64,000 bases of DNA from Longimicrobiales bacterium (GTDB taxonomy: Bacteria; Gemmatimonadota; Gemmatimonadetes; Longimicrobiales; Gaopeijiaceae): assembly GCA_965248195.1 (NCBI GenBank), contig CBDFIQ010000002.1, positions 1 through 64,000 of the forward strand, read 5' to 3'. The translations under genes and the position numbers were made by a program. Positions 1 through 10,275 of this stretch are shown here, piece by piece. Position 1 is the stretch's first letter. Each line of letters begins with the position of its first letter. Below the pieces are notes generated by a model. It worked only from the letters and a program-made list of their open reading frames with translations. It ran no database searches and was not told where the DNA came from.

Positions 1-768
1 AATCGTTACACAGGCTACGTATCATGGGACCGGGACGAGATTCTGACGTCTGATGTGCTGGAAGGGGAAGACGTGGATGGCGGCGACGAGCGGCAGATTC
101 GCTTCGACGAGATCGCGTCGATCGCCCGGGTCCCGGGCGGAGCTCGGATCGTGCTGGTCAATGGAGTCGAGCGGGACCTCACGGGCACGAGGGACGTGGG
201 CCGCCGAAACCGGGGCATTCAGATTTCGGACATGGGGCTTGGCAGGGTGGAGGTCGAGTGGTCTGAGTTCCGGATGTTGCGACTCCATGAGCCGGAACAG
301 GTCGTTGGCTACGACGCCTTCGATGGAGGCCGGCTCTTGGTCGGTACCGTGGTCACGCAGTCGGGGGAGGAGATCGACGGCCTGATTCGTTGGGACGCGG
401 ACGAAGCAGCGTCGTGGGAGATGCTGAACGGTCGTGCGGACGACGTGGACTTCACCATCGAGCTCGGCAACGTGAGCCGGATCGAACGGGGGGAAGCCTT
501 CGGGGCCACGGTGACTCTTCTGGACGGACGCACCTTCGGGTTGGACGGACGCACTCTCGAGCTGGACGGACGCACCTCCCCGCTGGACGACTCCAATGAC
601 GTCGACTGGGACAACAAGGGGATCCTCATCGCCCCGCTGGATGATAGCGGCACAAGCACAGCCAACGGCAGCGCCAACCCATCCCGGTGGCGTGTGGTCA
701 CCTGGGACGAGTTCCGGGAGATCCGCTTCCGGACCGATGCGACGGCCCGTAGTGGTGGGCAGGAGTAG
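1..768 (+). CDS. hypothetical protein, 5' end outside window
   Basis: Frame open from base 1 to TAG 766-768; acidic repeated beta-type modules (W-D-x-D-E motifs). Confidence 0.75.
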   Translation, partial: NRYTGYVSWDRDEILTSDVLEGEDVDGGDERQIRFDEIASIARVPGGARIVLVNGVERDLTGTRDVGRRNRGIQISDMGLGRVEVEWSEFRMLRLHEPEQVVGYDAFDGGRLLVGTVVTQSGEEIDGLIRWDADEAASWEMLNGRADDVDFTIELGNVSRIERGEAFGATVTLLDGRTFGLDGRTLELDGRTSPLDDSNDVDWDNKGILIAPLDDSGTSTANGSANPSRWRVVTWDEFREIRFRTDATARSGGQE

Positions 769-777
769 GGAGGGGCA

Positions 778-3138
778 ATGACACGGCCGCTCGCGATGGT
801 GTGTTTCGGAGCGTGGGTTCTCGCCACCTTCGCTCTCGGAGTCGAAATCGCTAGGGGGCAGGCTGCCACGGGGCAGACTGCTCAGCCGCAAAGCGCCTCT
901 GCGCAGATCGCCCCGGCTCAAACCTACTCGGCGCAAAGCCGCTCGGCGCAAACCGTATCGGATGCGTTCGTCGATCCTGTGGCGGGCATCCTGTTCGAAG
1001 CGGCCCAGACGAACTGGGCGTCCGTAGACGAATCCGTCGTTCGTTACACCGCCCTCATCCAGCAGAGGATCGCCGCGGCGATTCGGACTCCGCTCAAGGA
1101 TCGGATCATCTACCGGAACGAGACGGCAGTGCGTGCTTTCTGGGATCAAGATTACGACGCGGTCGTCCAGGTTCTGGGCACGCATTCCCAGTATCCGGGC
1201 CGGTCGATCGCGGTGCGCGAGGGTGATCTGGACTGGTTGGACGACCTCCCGTTCGAGGAACCGTTCGAGCCGGGCGGGGAGCGCCTCCTTCTCGGGCTGG
1301 GCGACCAAGACGAATGGGAGGACAACGACCTCTGGATCGCTCACCCGTTGGCTCACGGCGCCGACTCGCTTTACCGCTACGAGAGCGGGGACACGCTGAC
1401 GCTGAGCCTCCCCGACGGACGGCGACTCCAGACGATTCAGTTGGACGTGCTCCCCCGGGAAGCCGACTCCCGCCGCATCACCGGCACACTGTGGATCGAG
1501 CCCGAGTCCGGCGCGCTGGTTCGGGCGGTTTATCGGCTGAGCAGACAATTCGATGCCATACGTGATGTTGCGGAGCTCCAGGAAGAGGAGGAGAGGGGAT
1601 CGTTCAGGTACGTGCCGGGCCTGTTCAAACCCTGGACGTTCGACCTGACGATGGTGGCCGTCGACTATAGCCTCTGGAACTTCGAGGTCTGGCTCCTCCG
1701 GAGTATGCGGATGGAGGGAGAGGTGGGTGCGGGGATTCTCAAGATGCCGGTCTCGATGGACCTGTCGTATCGGATGGAGTCGGTGACCACCCAGTCCGAT
1801 CTGGTCCAGCCCGAGACGGCCCAGCAGGCGGGACTCGTCGAGCGGCACTTCGAGAGCCGCGCCGAAGCCATGGCCTTCATCGCCCAACTGTTGTCCGAGG
1901 ATGATGAGGTCGAGTACGAGGCGGCCCTCGAAGAGTTCGAGGATGAGCGAAATGAGTTCATGATCGTTCCGGAAGTGCGGAGCATGGTGGCCACCAGTCC
2001 GCATCTTCCTCCCCCGATCTGGGAGGACGCTGCGGGATTCCCGTCGGACGATCAGCTCGAGGACTACTTCAGCACCCTGGCGGCCCTGCCAGCGCCGAGG
2101 ATCCAAGGCATACCCTGGGCGGCGAACTGGGGTTGGGCCCGTCCCGATCTGCTCCGCTACAACCGGGTGGAGGGGCCGGCTGTTGGGGGTCGGTTCGAGG
2201 CCAGTCTGGGTGGGCCGTACACGCTCGATGCCAGCGGCTTTTTTGGATTCGCCGATCTCCGCCCCAAAGCGCGGTTGAACTTCGAGCGCACTTCCGTTCG
2301 ACGGCGCCTGGCACTGGGCGTCTACCATGAGCTCACCGCCACCGATCCACGGGGCCGGTACCTGGGATTCGGCAACTCGATGTACGCCTTCCTCTTCGGC
2401 CGAGACGAGGGGGAATACTTCCGGGCCACGGGCACGGACTTCACGTGGCGTCCGCCGGTCGGGGCTCGGGAGTCGTTCGAGTTCAGGGCGTACGCGGAGC
2501 GTCAGGCCTCGGTCGCGACGGAGTCCAGCTTTGCGTTGTTTCGTGTGTTCAACGGAAGCTGGCAATTCCGCCCCAACATCGATGCCGGCGAAGTGGAAGA
2601 GGGTGGAGCCGAACTTCGGCTCTCTCCGTGGCTTGGTGGCGACCCGTTCCGCACCCAGCTCGGGCTCGACCTGTACGCGCACGGGGCTCGCTGGAGGACT
2701 ACGGGGGAGAGCGCCGCGACGAACTATGCGCGGGCCAGTGCCGTCCTGCGGGCGGCAATACCCCTGGTCTATCCCACCTGGCGCCTGGGCTTGGAGGTGG
2801 GTGGTGGAACGACCTGGGGCGACGCACCCATCCAACGCAGCTGGTTCCTGGGCGGGGCCCGCACGCTCCGTGGATATCCCGCCTCGGCCACGATGGGATC
2901 GTCGTTCGCTCGGGGCCGGGTGGACCTGGCCCGGACATTCGACATCGGCACCATGACCATTTTCGGCGACGTCGGCTGGGCCGGCCCCCGAACGGACTTC
3001 GACGCGGACGATCTGCTCTACGGAGTCGGGGTGGGCGGAAGCGTTTTCGACGGCCTCTTCCGCTTGGACCTTTCCCACGGGCTCACGGGTCCCGAAAAGC
3101 AGTTCCGGATCGACCTGTATCTGGACGCGCTGCTCTGA
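778..3138 (+). CDS. secreted/outer-membrane beta-barrel protein
   Basis: 786-aa ORF with signal peptide, RYNRVEG motif and C-terminal amphipathic beta strands (LFRLDLSHG...IDLYLDALL); RBS GGAGG. Confidence 0.75.
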   Translation: MTRPLAMVCFGAWVLATFALGVEIARGQAATGQTAQPQSASAQIAPAQTYSAQSRSAQTVSDAFVDPVAGILFEAAQTNWASVDESVVRYTALIQQRIAAAIRTPLKDRIIYRNETAVRAFWDQDYDAVVQVLGTHSQYPGRSIAVREGDLDWLDDLPFEEPFEPGGERLLLGLGDQDEWEDNDLWIAHPLAHGADSLYRYESGDTLTLSLPDGRRLQTIQLDVLPREADSRRITGTLWIEPESGALVRAVYRLSRQFDAIRDVAELQEEEERGSFRYVPGLFKPWTFDLTMVAVDYSLWNFEVWLLRSMRMEGEVGAGILKMPVSMDLSYRMESVTTQSDLVQPETAQQAGLVERHFESRAEAMAFIAQLLSEDDEVEYEAALEEFEDERNEFMIVPEVRSMVATSPHLPPPIWEDAAGFPSDDQLEDYFSTLAALPAPRIQGIPWAANWGWARPDLLRYNRVEGPAVGGRFEASLGGPYTLDASGFFGFADLRPKARLNFERTSVRRRLALGVYHELTATDPRGRYLGFGNSMYAFLFGRDEGEYFRATGTDFTWRPPVGARESFEFRAYAERQASVATESSFALFRVFNGSWQFRPNIDAGEVEEGGAELRLSPWLGGDPFRTQLGLDLYAHGARWRTTGESAATNYARASAVLRAAIPLVYPTWRLGLEVGGGTTWGDAPIQRSWFLGGARTLRGYPASATMGSSFARGRVDLARTFDIGTMTIFGDVGWAGPRTDFDADDLLYGVGVGGSVFDGLFRLDLSHGLTGPEKQFRIDLYLDALL

Positions 3139-3199
3139 GGGTTTTCCGCATCTAACGGATGCAGCTCGCAACCCTTTTCCAAGCATGGGCCGAGGGCGA

Positions 3200-3927
3200 A
3201 GGCGCTCCAAGCCAAGCGCTTCGATCCGTCGCCCGAGCACGGTACTACAGAAGAGCCTGAGCGCGCTGATCAACTGATTGTGGTAGGAACGCGACACCGC
3301 GCCGTCACGGAGCCTGTCGAGGACGTGCCCCCGCAGCTCGCCGGCGAGATCATCGTCTTCGCCGCCCGAGCCGTCGAGGAATCTCCGTGCGTGCCCGAGG
3401 TAGGCCTTGCGCGTGCGGCGAGCATAGCCCCGCAGCCGCATCTCCTCGTCGAAGCGCGCCAGCAGACGCGAGGCGGGATCCCGTGCGGATTCCGTGTCCC
3501 GGAGGGCGGTGGGCGGCACCGGTTCCGTGGCGGGTGGGTGCGGGTCTGCATCTGGAAACAAGGCGCCCGGCCCTACGCCGAGCATGCTCCGCACCGCCTC
3601 GCGGGTGGCGGGGGTGTCGGGGATCCGCCAGATGCGACGCCCCGGGTCCCAGCGCCGGCCCGAAACAGCACGGATCCGGGCGACCAGCTCGAGGCGGTAA
3701 GGCACCGACAGGTGGATCTCGCCATCCGAGAGGTGGCGCGCGCCTCCTCGGACGTCGGAGGGCCGTGGCTGCGGTATCGGGAGCCCGATGGGTCGCGGGA
3801 GTGCATGACGCAACGTTCGGCCTGGGCCGTGGGCGGAGACATGGCCAGCGGGGACCGGTGCAAGGCACGGCGGGGTTGTTGTGGCGCCGTATCGGCCCCC
3901 CCGCGCATATTCAACCGGCCAGGGCAC
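3200..3927 (-). pseudogene. truncated integron-like tyrosine integrase (HARP-like + SAM4 N-terminal domains; catalytic domain missing)
   Basis: FDEEMRLRGYARRTRKAYLGHARRFL...VSRSYHNQLISALRLFCSTVLGR matches the phage-integrase N-terminal SAM-like pattern. Similarity stops at LER (~3200) with no R-H-R-Y residues. Start codon uncertain. Confidence 0.75.
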
Positions 3928-4079
3928 ACGACAGGCCTACACCCTGACCCCACTCTTCCCGGCCGGCGCTAGCCCTCCTGCGCTTCTCTCTCGCAGGCCC
4001 GCCCGGAGCAAAGGGGTCAGGACGGGCCTCGTCAGGCCGAAAAAGACGGGCAGGCTACCATAAGCATATTTCCCGAACC

Positions 4080-4174
4080 CCTTCGCAGATCCGACGCGCG
4101 GGTCACGCTTCCCGCACGTCGCAGATCCTGGTGTGGGGAGGGTTACACGTACGGCGGGGATTCAAACGTTATTC
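4080..4174 (+). other. putative attI-like recombination site
   Basis: GTTATTCGCCATAC at 4168 is 12/14 complementary to GTACGGCGTATAAC at the first attC, which defines the start of cassette 1. A direct repeat CGCAGATCC occurs at ~4085 and ~4120. Confidence 0.6.
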
Positions 4175-4193
4175 GCCATACCCGAGAGCTCTA

Positions 4194-5249
4194 GTGGAAA
4201 GTCAGACGACACTTGCCGAACTAGGAGGGCCAAACTTCGATCCCGAGAGTTCCCGACTCATCCGGACCAGTTGGATGTTGAATGCCAAGGCGACCCTCAC
4301 AATTGAGGACCCGGCCGTTCGCGTACGCTTTCTCGACGAATCTGAGGCGGCACGCCTGCAAGAGAGTATTCGACAGCGGCACGTTTTCTCTCGGGTTTCC
4401 TATGAGCGGTCGTTCTATGTCACCCGAGCCGGCGAGCTGAGTGGGCGCTCCGTGATCGAGGTGACGCTGCCTGGCGATCCGAAATCTGTAGTCACGGATG
4501 CGAGGCGTATCGCCGCAGCCGTTGAGACCGTTGCAGTCGCATCCACAGTCGTGTATCACTCGCGGCGCCAGCTCCATACTGATTTGGGTATCAGGACGCA
4601 CCGAAAGGATGTTGTGGACCTCACGCTGGGGCCGAAGCTCGGCCACCTCAGTGCCAGTTCACAACGGGAGGTTGCAGTTCGGGGAGTTACGCTCGACAAG
4701 CGTTTCGTGAACCGCTTCAAGAGGCTCGAACTTGAGCGAGTCGTGTCGGCTGCCACTGCGGATTCACCAGCCGGGCGGAGGATACAGCAGGCCCTGAACT
4801 GGCTACTGGAATCCCGTATGGATGCTGGGAGGCCTGCCGCTTCCATCAAGTGTGCCATTGCGCTGGAGACGCTGTTAGGCCGGTCGAGCAATGAGCCTTT
4901 GCGCACCACCCTTTCAGAGCGAAGTGCATTTCTACTTTCTGACAATTCCGAGACGCGGGCGAACGTAAGCAGACTCATTAAGGCCTTCTACGATGCCCGC
5001 AGCTCGATCGTGCATGGTTCGACACGCAAGAAGCCCCGCGGGGTGACGGTTGCGTTACTGGAGTCTGCTGAGCGGATCGTATTTCTTGTACTCCTCACGC
5101 TGGCGTGCAACCCACAAGACCTCGGTGCTGACGACGCGTTACAGAAGTGGGTGGACGGACGCCGGTGGGGAGCTCCACAAGGTATCCCACATCGGCCGTT
5201 TCGCCCCGGGGATCTGAAGCGTGCGCTCGACAGAGGTAACAAGAAGTGA
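4194..5249 (+). CDS. HEPN-domain protein (ApeA-like), cassette 1
   Basis: IALETLL...FYDARSSIVHG carries the RxxxxH HEPN motif. The start must lie after the cassette boundary at 4169 (GTG 4194 or ATG 4275). Confidence 0.75.
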   Translation: MESQTTLAELGGPNFDPESSRLIRTSWMLNAKATLTIEDPAVRVRFLDESEAARLQESIRQRHVFSRVSYERSFYVTRAGELSGRSVIEVTLPGDPKSVVTDARRIAAAVETVAVASTVVYHSRRQLHTDLGIRTHRKDVVDLTLGPKLGHLSASSQREVAVRGVTLDKRFVNRFKRLELERVVSAATADSPAGRRIQQALNWLLESRMDAGRPAASIKCAIALETLLGRSSNEPLRTTLSERSAFLLSDNSETRANVSRLIKAFYDARSSIVHGSTRKKPRGVTVALLESAERIVFLVLLTLACNPQDLGADDALQKWVDGRRWGAPQGIPHRPFRPGDLKRALDRGNKK

Positions 5250-5277
5250 GGTCAACAGCCGCTTGTGCTGGTACGGC

Positions 5278-5374
5278 GTATAACAGTGCGGTTGCCGCCT
5301 GCGCTCACTAGGTTCGCTCCGGTGAAGCACGGCGCGCGTTGCGCACCGCGCCGGCAACCTCCAAAACGTTAGGC
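5278..5374 (+). repeat. attC site 1
   Basis: GTATAAC...GTTAGGC with internal palindrome GGTTGCCG...CGGCAACC, 97 bp. Confidence 0.8.
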
Positions 5375-6161
5375 GCCACTGCACGACAGGATAGGACATG
5401 GAACTCGACTGGAGAGACCTGCCAGAAGTCGGTGCGGAGGTGGTCGGTGTGCGGCGGGATGGGTTTACGTCTCATGGCGACAAGATCCGCCACGCTACGT
5501 TCAAACGACTGCATCTCAAGAAGGGCGAGGTCGAAGGGATCGACTTCAGGCACACCCGATTCCTCGACTGCTACTTTCGACATGTGACCTTTCGAGGGTG
5601 CGACTTTACGGGGGCCGTATTCTCGGATTGTGACATGCCTCACGCCGAGTTCATCGAGTGTAAACTGCCGTACTCTCGCTGGAGGAACACGCGCGTAGAC
5701 ATCCAACAGCTGTTGCCAAACCTTCCCCGGGCATGGCCCCATGTGGCGAGAGATCTTTGTCAGAACCTGAGGAAGAATGCGCAGGAACTCGGCGATGGAC
5801 CTGGTGCACGTCGACTGCTGTTTCAGGCTATGGCGTTTCACCGCGCCACCCTGTGGGAGACCATTCTACTAAGGCAGTCGTGGTACAAGCAGCGGTTCGG
5901 GCTAGGCCATAGAGTGGGAGCCCTCTTCAAATGGGTATGGTCCTGGGCGGAGCGGCTCGTTTGGGGCTACGGTGAGCGACCGCTCCTCCTGATGGCGTGG
6001 GGTGCTGCACTCACCTTCATCTTCGGTATCTACTACTACGCCAGCGGCCTCCCAGATGCTCTGGGCGTGGATGGGTCCCTTGCCGGTCCCCTCTCTGCCA
6101 ACGTACGTGAGACACGGAGCACGCAAAGAATTAGAGTAGGGCGAAGGCAGAGAAAACGAAC

Positions 6162-6611
6162 ATGTTGGGACTGCGAGAGAGAATGGAAGAGAATGGTAGT
6201 GCCCCTGGAATCGGGGAGGCCAAGCGAAGCGCGGCAGCTCCTGCGGACCCGGAGGTAGTAGATAGGCCGCTACGCCGGCGGTTCAGTCCATCGTACAAGC
6301 TGCGGATCGTCGAAGAAGCGGACCGGTGCACCGAGCCCGGCGAGGTGGGTCAGCTCCTGCGGCGCGAGGGCCTGTACTCGTCGCACCTGACGACGTGGCG
6401 CAAGGCGGCGCATAGCGGGTCGCTGAAGGCCCTGTCGAAGAAACGCGGCCGCAAGCCGGAGCGGAATCCGCTGGATGAGAAGGTACGCAAGCTGGAGCGG
6501 CAAAACGCACGGCTCGAGAATGAGCTCAGGAAGGCACACCTGATCATCGACGTGCAGGGAAAAGTTGCGGGGCTGCTGGGGATAAGCCTCGACGACGGGA
6601 CGAACTCTTGA
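6162..6611 (+). CDS. IS3-family transposase OrfA
   Basis: RRRFSPSYKLRIVEEAD...LRREGLYSSHL HTH plus coiled coil. Confidence 0.9.
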   Translation: MLGLRERMEENGSAPGIGEAKRSAAAPADPEVVDRPLRRRFSPSYKLRIVEEADRCTEPGEVGQLLRREGLYSSHLTTWRKAAHSGSLKALSKKRGRKPERNPLDEKVRKLERQNARLENELRKAHLIIDVQGKVAGLLGISLDDGTNS

Positions 6612-7615
6612 AGGCGGCCGATGAGCTGGCTAAGCACGTCGGTGTAAAACCGGCGTGCGCGGCTCTCGAGGTCTCCCGATCGACGTTCTACCGTCGTCGA
6701 GGCCCATCGACCGGGCAACGGCAGCCCCGCCCGACGCCCGCCCGGGCATTGAGCGAGACGGAACGAGGCGAGGTCTTCGACACGCTGTGTTCGGAGCGGT
6801 TCGTGGACCGCTCACCCGCCGAGGTGGTGGCCACGCTGCTCGACGAAGAGGTCTACCTGTGCAGCGAACGCACGATGTATCGTGTTCTGGCCTCCGAGGT
6901 GCCGGTTCAGGAACGCCGGGCGCAGCGCACCCATCCCGAGTACAAGAAGCCCGAGTTGATGGCCACGGCGCCGAACCAGGTGTGGTCCTGGGATATCACG
7001 CGGCTACTCGGGCCGAAGAAGTGGAGCTATTACTACCTCTACGTCATCATGGACATCTACAGCCGCTACGTCGTGGGCTGGATGGTGGCGGACCGGGAGA
7101 ACTCGGCCCTGGCCGGCCGGTTGATCCAGCAGAGCTGCCTGAAGCATGGCGTCCAGCCCCGGGTCCTGACCCTGCACTCGGATCGGGGAGCTCCAATGAC
7201 GAGCCAATGCACCGCTCAACTTCTCGCTGACCTCGGCGTGACTCGCTCGTTGAGCCGGCCTCAGGTGTCGGATGACAACCCGTTTTCCGAGGCTCAGTTC
7301 AAAACCTTGAAGTACCATCCCTCGTTTCCCGGGCGGTTCGGGGATCAGGGCCAGGCCAAGACGTTGTGTCGATCGTTCTTCCGCTGGTACAATGCCGAGC
7401 ACCGCCATGGCGGTATCTCGATGCTAACCCCCGAGCAGGTCCACTTCGGGAACGCCGATCAGGTCATTGCCGGCAGGAAATCCGTGCTCCGCGAAGCATG
7501 GGCCGCTCATCCCGAACGCTTCGTCACAGGTGTGCCGAAGCCCAAACCGCTCCCGGAGGCCGTCTACATCAATCCTCCCATCCCTTCCCTCACCACACAG
7601 GATATTGCTCTCTAA
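6608..7615 (+). CDS. IS3-family DDE transposase OrfB
   Basis: PNQVWSWDIT, HSDRG, DDNPFSEAQFKTLK (rve DDE). Confidence 0.95.
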   Translation: MKAADELAKHVGVKPACAALEVSRSTFYRRRGPSTGQRQPRPTPARALSETERGEVFDTLCSERFVDRSPAEVVATLLDEEVYLCSERTMYRVLASEVPVQERRAQRTHPEYKKPELMATAPNQVWSWDITRLLGPKKWSYYYLYVIMDIYSRYVVGWMVADRENSALAGRLIQQSCLKHGVQPRVLTLHSDRGAPMTSQCTAQLLADLGVTRSLSRPQVSDDNPFSEAQFKTLKYHPSFPGRFGDQGQAKTLCRSFFRWYNAEHRHGGISMLTPEQVHFGNADQVIAGRKSVLREAWAAHPERFVTGVPKPKPLPEAVYINPPIPSLTTQDIAL

Positions 7616-7806
7616 TTAATCCCGTAGAGTGTCCCATTGTCGTTGACAGGTTCCGGTCGGCTTGGAGAGGCTGTTACCTTCAGTGCCCTCGCGTTTGTTG
7701 GGAATGCGGACCGTGCGCCATGGCCCGGTGGACCGACCGCCGCGATTGCAGTACAGGGTGCACTCGGCATTGTGTTCATTGGGGTGTTCGCCGCTGTGGT
7801 GTACAG

Positions 7807-8523
7807 ATGGATATCCATTCGACAGGGCTGAGCATCGCGCCTCAGTGGGTGCCGCATGTCTTGGCGGCGTGGGTGTGCGGATCCGCTGCGCGAGGCGATG
7901 TGGACTCGTCGAGCGATCTCGACGTCACGGTCGTCATAGGGGACGATCTTTCACCCAGCGCGTTCACTGGAGAGCCGGTAGTCTGTACTGCTGCGCCACT
8001 CATCGACTTCTCCGTCTACACGCTGAGTGGCTTCAAGAACCTGATTACCCCTCCGAGTCTTTTCGCCTGGCACCTGGCGCTTGAGGGCCAACTCATCGTT
8101 GGAGCGGACGGTGAAGTTGTCGCGATGCTTGAGCACTTGGGGCCCTTCGTTGACCATGTAGAGGACCTCCTCACTCTTCGGCACCTTGCCCTCGAGTGTG
8201 CCGAATCATTGAGCTTGGGACCGCAGTCGCTCGTTTTCGATCTCGGTGTCCTGGGCACTGTCGTAAGGAACACGGCATTGATTGTAACGCACTTCGACGG
8301 GCGTCCCGACTTCTCTCGGTCAGCCCCCGAGCGACTCGTCAATCATACGGCGGTCCCGCTGCCCATTGGTCCATCTCAGTACGCCGCACTCGCTCAAGCC
8401 AGAAAGGCCGGTGAGGGTGTGGCTATCGTACCCACGGTTTCCTGGCTCGATGCCAAAGGACTAACTGAGCGCGTAACTGAATGGGTCACTCAGTGTCTGC
8501 ACTACGTTGGAGGAGCTTCATGA
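7807..8523 (+). CDS. minimal nucleotidyltransferase-domain protein (cassette 2 gene 2)
   Basis: GSAARGDVDSSSDLDV is the GS...DxD NTase motif; overlaps the end of the channel gene. Confidence 0.8.
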   Translation: MDIHSTGLSIAPQWVPHVLAAWVCGSAARGDVDSSSDLDVTVVIGDDLSPSAFTGEPVVCTAAPLIDFSVYTLSGFKNLITPPSLFAWHLALEGQLIVGADGEVVAMLEHLGPFVDHVEDLLTLRHLALECAESLSLGPQSLVFDLGVLGTVVRNTALIVTHFDGRPDFSRSAPERLVNHTAVPLPIGPSQYAALAQARKAGEGVAIVPTVSWLDAKGLTERVTEWVTQCLHYVGGAS

Positions 8524-8846
8524 GCACCCATCCGTTTGTCACGAGAGTTCGGTTTGAGCGTCTGGTGGTCTCGACCGTCAATGGGGCACGCCCGGAATCG
8601 GTGCGTGAGCTTTCAGGCCTGGGACCGGAGGAGATCTCAAGTTGGGCCGACTTTCTCCCCGTTGCCCTTCCAGAGGCATCCGTGACGCGAGTGCGGCGTG
8701 CCCTCCTAGACCTCTCTTCACGTATTCGCGGGTTTTCATCCAACTCACACCGGGGGGGTGGCTGGAGTTCACACGACGACGTCGGCGACCTCTCTGGTGA
8801 CCTGACTTGGGTGGTCGGGGTGCTCGGTGAGAACCGCAGCGCCTAA
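8520..8846 (+). CDS. small hypothetical protein (cassette 2 gene 3)
   Basis: ATGA overlap with the NTase, RBS GGAGGAG, stop TAA lies inside the attC R'' box GCCTAAC. Confidence 0.65.
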   Translation: MSTHPFVTRVRFERLVVSTVNGARPESVRELSGLGPEEISSWADFLPVALPEASVTRVRRALLDLSSRIRGFSSNSHRGGGWSSHDDVGDLSGDLTWVVGVLGENRSA

Positions 8847-8994
8847 CACTGGGCCTCCGGCTCCGGCCGCATTCGCGGCCTCCGACCCAACCGGCCAAAG
8901 ATGGGCGGGCGTTGGTCAGCAGAGATGATAGATCGAAGGAAGCAGCAGTAAGGAACGAATGTGCGGGCCGGTTCGGACGCCCTGAACGTTATGT
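8841..8994 (+). repeat. attC site 2
   Basis: GCCTAAC...GTTATGT; GCGCCTAAC is the exact complement of cassette start GTTAGGCGC (5368). Confidence 0.9.
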
Positions 8995-9146
8995 GTCATC
9001 CTGATAGCGAGCTGGGCACAGCTGAAGAATCGGTGGTTAGTCGGGAGAACGAAAGGCCTCTTCTTCGCCGAAGGTGTCCCGGTAAATGTTCCCTCGAAGT
9101 GGGTCTCCGATGCCACTGACCTTGTGGAGTCTTTTCGAGAATCGGT

Positions 9147-10202
9147 ATGTCTGAGACGCTGATCATCCTCGGTGCAGGAGCCTCCGCGAGTTGCGGCGCG
9201 CCCCTGATGGCGAACTTCCTGGACCTAGCGGAAGAAGCGCGCAGCGGGTCTCTCGACACGGAGGCAGCGGGCCACTTCGACGCTGTGTTCAATGCGATCG
9301 AAGCTCTGAACCGAGCCCATACCAAAGCGAGTCTGGACACCGACAACGTCGAAGATGTATTCGGAGCTCTGGAGATGGCCGATCTCCTAGAGTTGGACTC
9401 CGTACCCACCGAACTCGCTGCTGCGATGAGGACGGTGATAGCACGGACAATAGAGGCCCACGTCGAGTTCCCGATCACCTCTGGGAGCATCTCGCCGGCG
9501 GAGGACTACCTACTTCTTTTTCTTTCAAATTGGATCAAGGGTGGGATGAGTAGGGCGGTTCCTCGACAGACGGTGCTCACGTTCAATTACGACTGTGCCT
9601 TGGACTTCGCGCTGTGGAAGAACGGACTCGGCATAGACTATGGCCTAAGCGACGATGGACTTGAGCGGCCGGGTGTGGAGTTGCTCAAGCTCCACGGATC
9701 CCTCAACTGGGTTCGGACCGCTGACGACATCGTTCCCTACCCGATTGGTCAGCTAGAGAAGCGCATCACCCATCGCCTCAGCACCATGCCCCCTGGCGGC
9801 TCGGAGTCCGTGACCGTTCCGTTCTCGCAGATGGCACTGCAGCAGCATCACAAGGGCACGGGTGTGGACGGGGAACTTGCCATCGTGCCCCCGGTTTGGA
9901 GTAAGCTCGAGCATTACGGTGCGATGCGGCGGATTTGGTCGCTCGCCGCTGAGGCTCTTCGGCGAGCAGATCGCATCGTTGTTTGCGGCTATTCCCTTCC
10001 GGCCACGGATCAGTTCTTCCGTCATCTCTACGCGCTCGGCACAATCGGCCCGACTCGAATCAAGGGATTCCACGTCCTCGATCCCGACCGGGGAGTCGAG
10101 GCGCGTTTCCAGAACCTCCTCGGGGCACTGACTCGTCAGAGATTCGAGTGGGTTAATGCACGCTCCGATTACCTGGCCCATTGGCTTGAGAAGCTCGTCT
10201 AA
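9147..10202 (+). CDS. SIR2-like domain protein (cassette 3)
   Basis: ILGAGAS, TFNYD, LLKLHGSLNW and CGYSLP motifs of the SIR2_2 type. Confidence 0.85.
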   Translation: MSETLIILGAGASASCGAPLMANFLDLAEEARSGSLDTEAAGHFDAVFNAIEALNRAHTKASLDTDNVEDVFGALEMADLLELDSVPTELAAAMRTVIARTIEAHVEFPITSGSISPAEDYLLLFLSNWIKGGMSRAVPRQTVLTFNYDCALDFALWKNGLGIDYGLSDDGLERPGVELLKLHGSLNWVRTADDIVPYPIGQLEKRITHRLSTMPPGGSESVTVPFSQMALQQHHKGTGVDGELAIVPPVWSKLEHYGAMRRIWSLAAEALRRADRIVVCGYSLPATDQFFRHLYALGTIGPTRIKGFHVLDPDRGVEARFQNLLGALTRQRFEWVNARSDYLAHWLEKLV

Positions 10203-10275
10203 TCTCCGGAATGGGATGACAATCTCGTTGGAGCAGGGAGAGCCTGAACGTGGGATCGAGGTGAGGATGGACGAC

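Larger units (their letters stand above)
6089..7655 (+). mobile_element. IS3-family insertion sequence, copy 1 (1567 bp)
   Basis: 3-bp target duplication GTC (6086-88 / 7656-58); matches 14297-15863 in reverse, with identical ORF translations. Confidence 0.95.
5398..7831 (+). pseudogene. pentapeptide-repeat + ion-channel-like membrane protein, split by IS3 (cassette 2 gene 1)
   Basis: Pentapeptide repeats (F-x-x-C-x-F), WGYGERP, TM helices. Removing IS 6089-7655 and one GTC duplicate restores a 287-aa frame (...GSLAG-R-LGEAVTFSALAF...). Confidence 0.85.

Noticed and set aside
3143..3180. TCTAAC/GTTAGAT core and small palindrome as another attC
   Set aside because: No partner box or extended palindrome could be identified.
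22..3927. 1301-aa minus-strand ORF
   Set aside because: Only ~3200-3927 is integrase-like. The rest is stop-free antisense of two real plus-strand genes, read through because the integrase lost its 3' end.
7366..7806. N-terminal extension of the 385-aa ORF
   Set aside because: Alternative frame of the IS3 end; the same peptide appears at 13993-14586. The real gene starts at ~7807.
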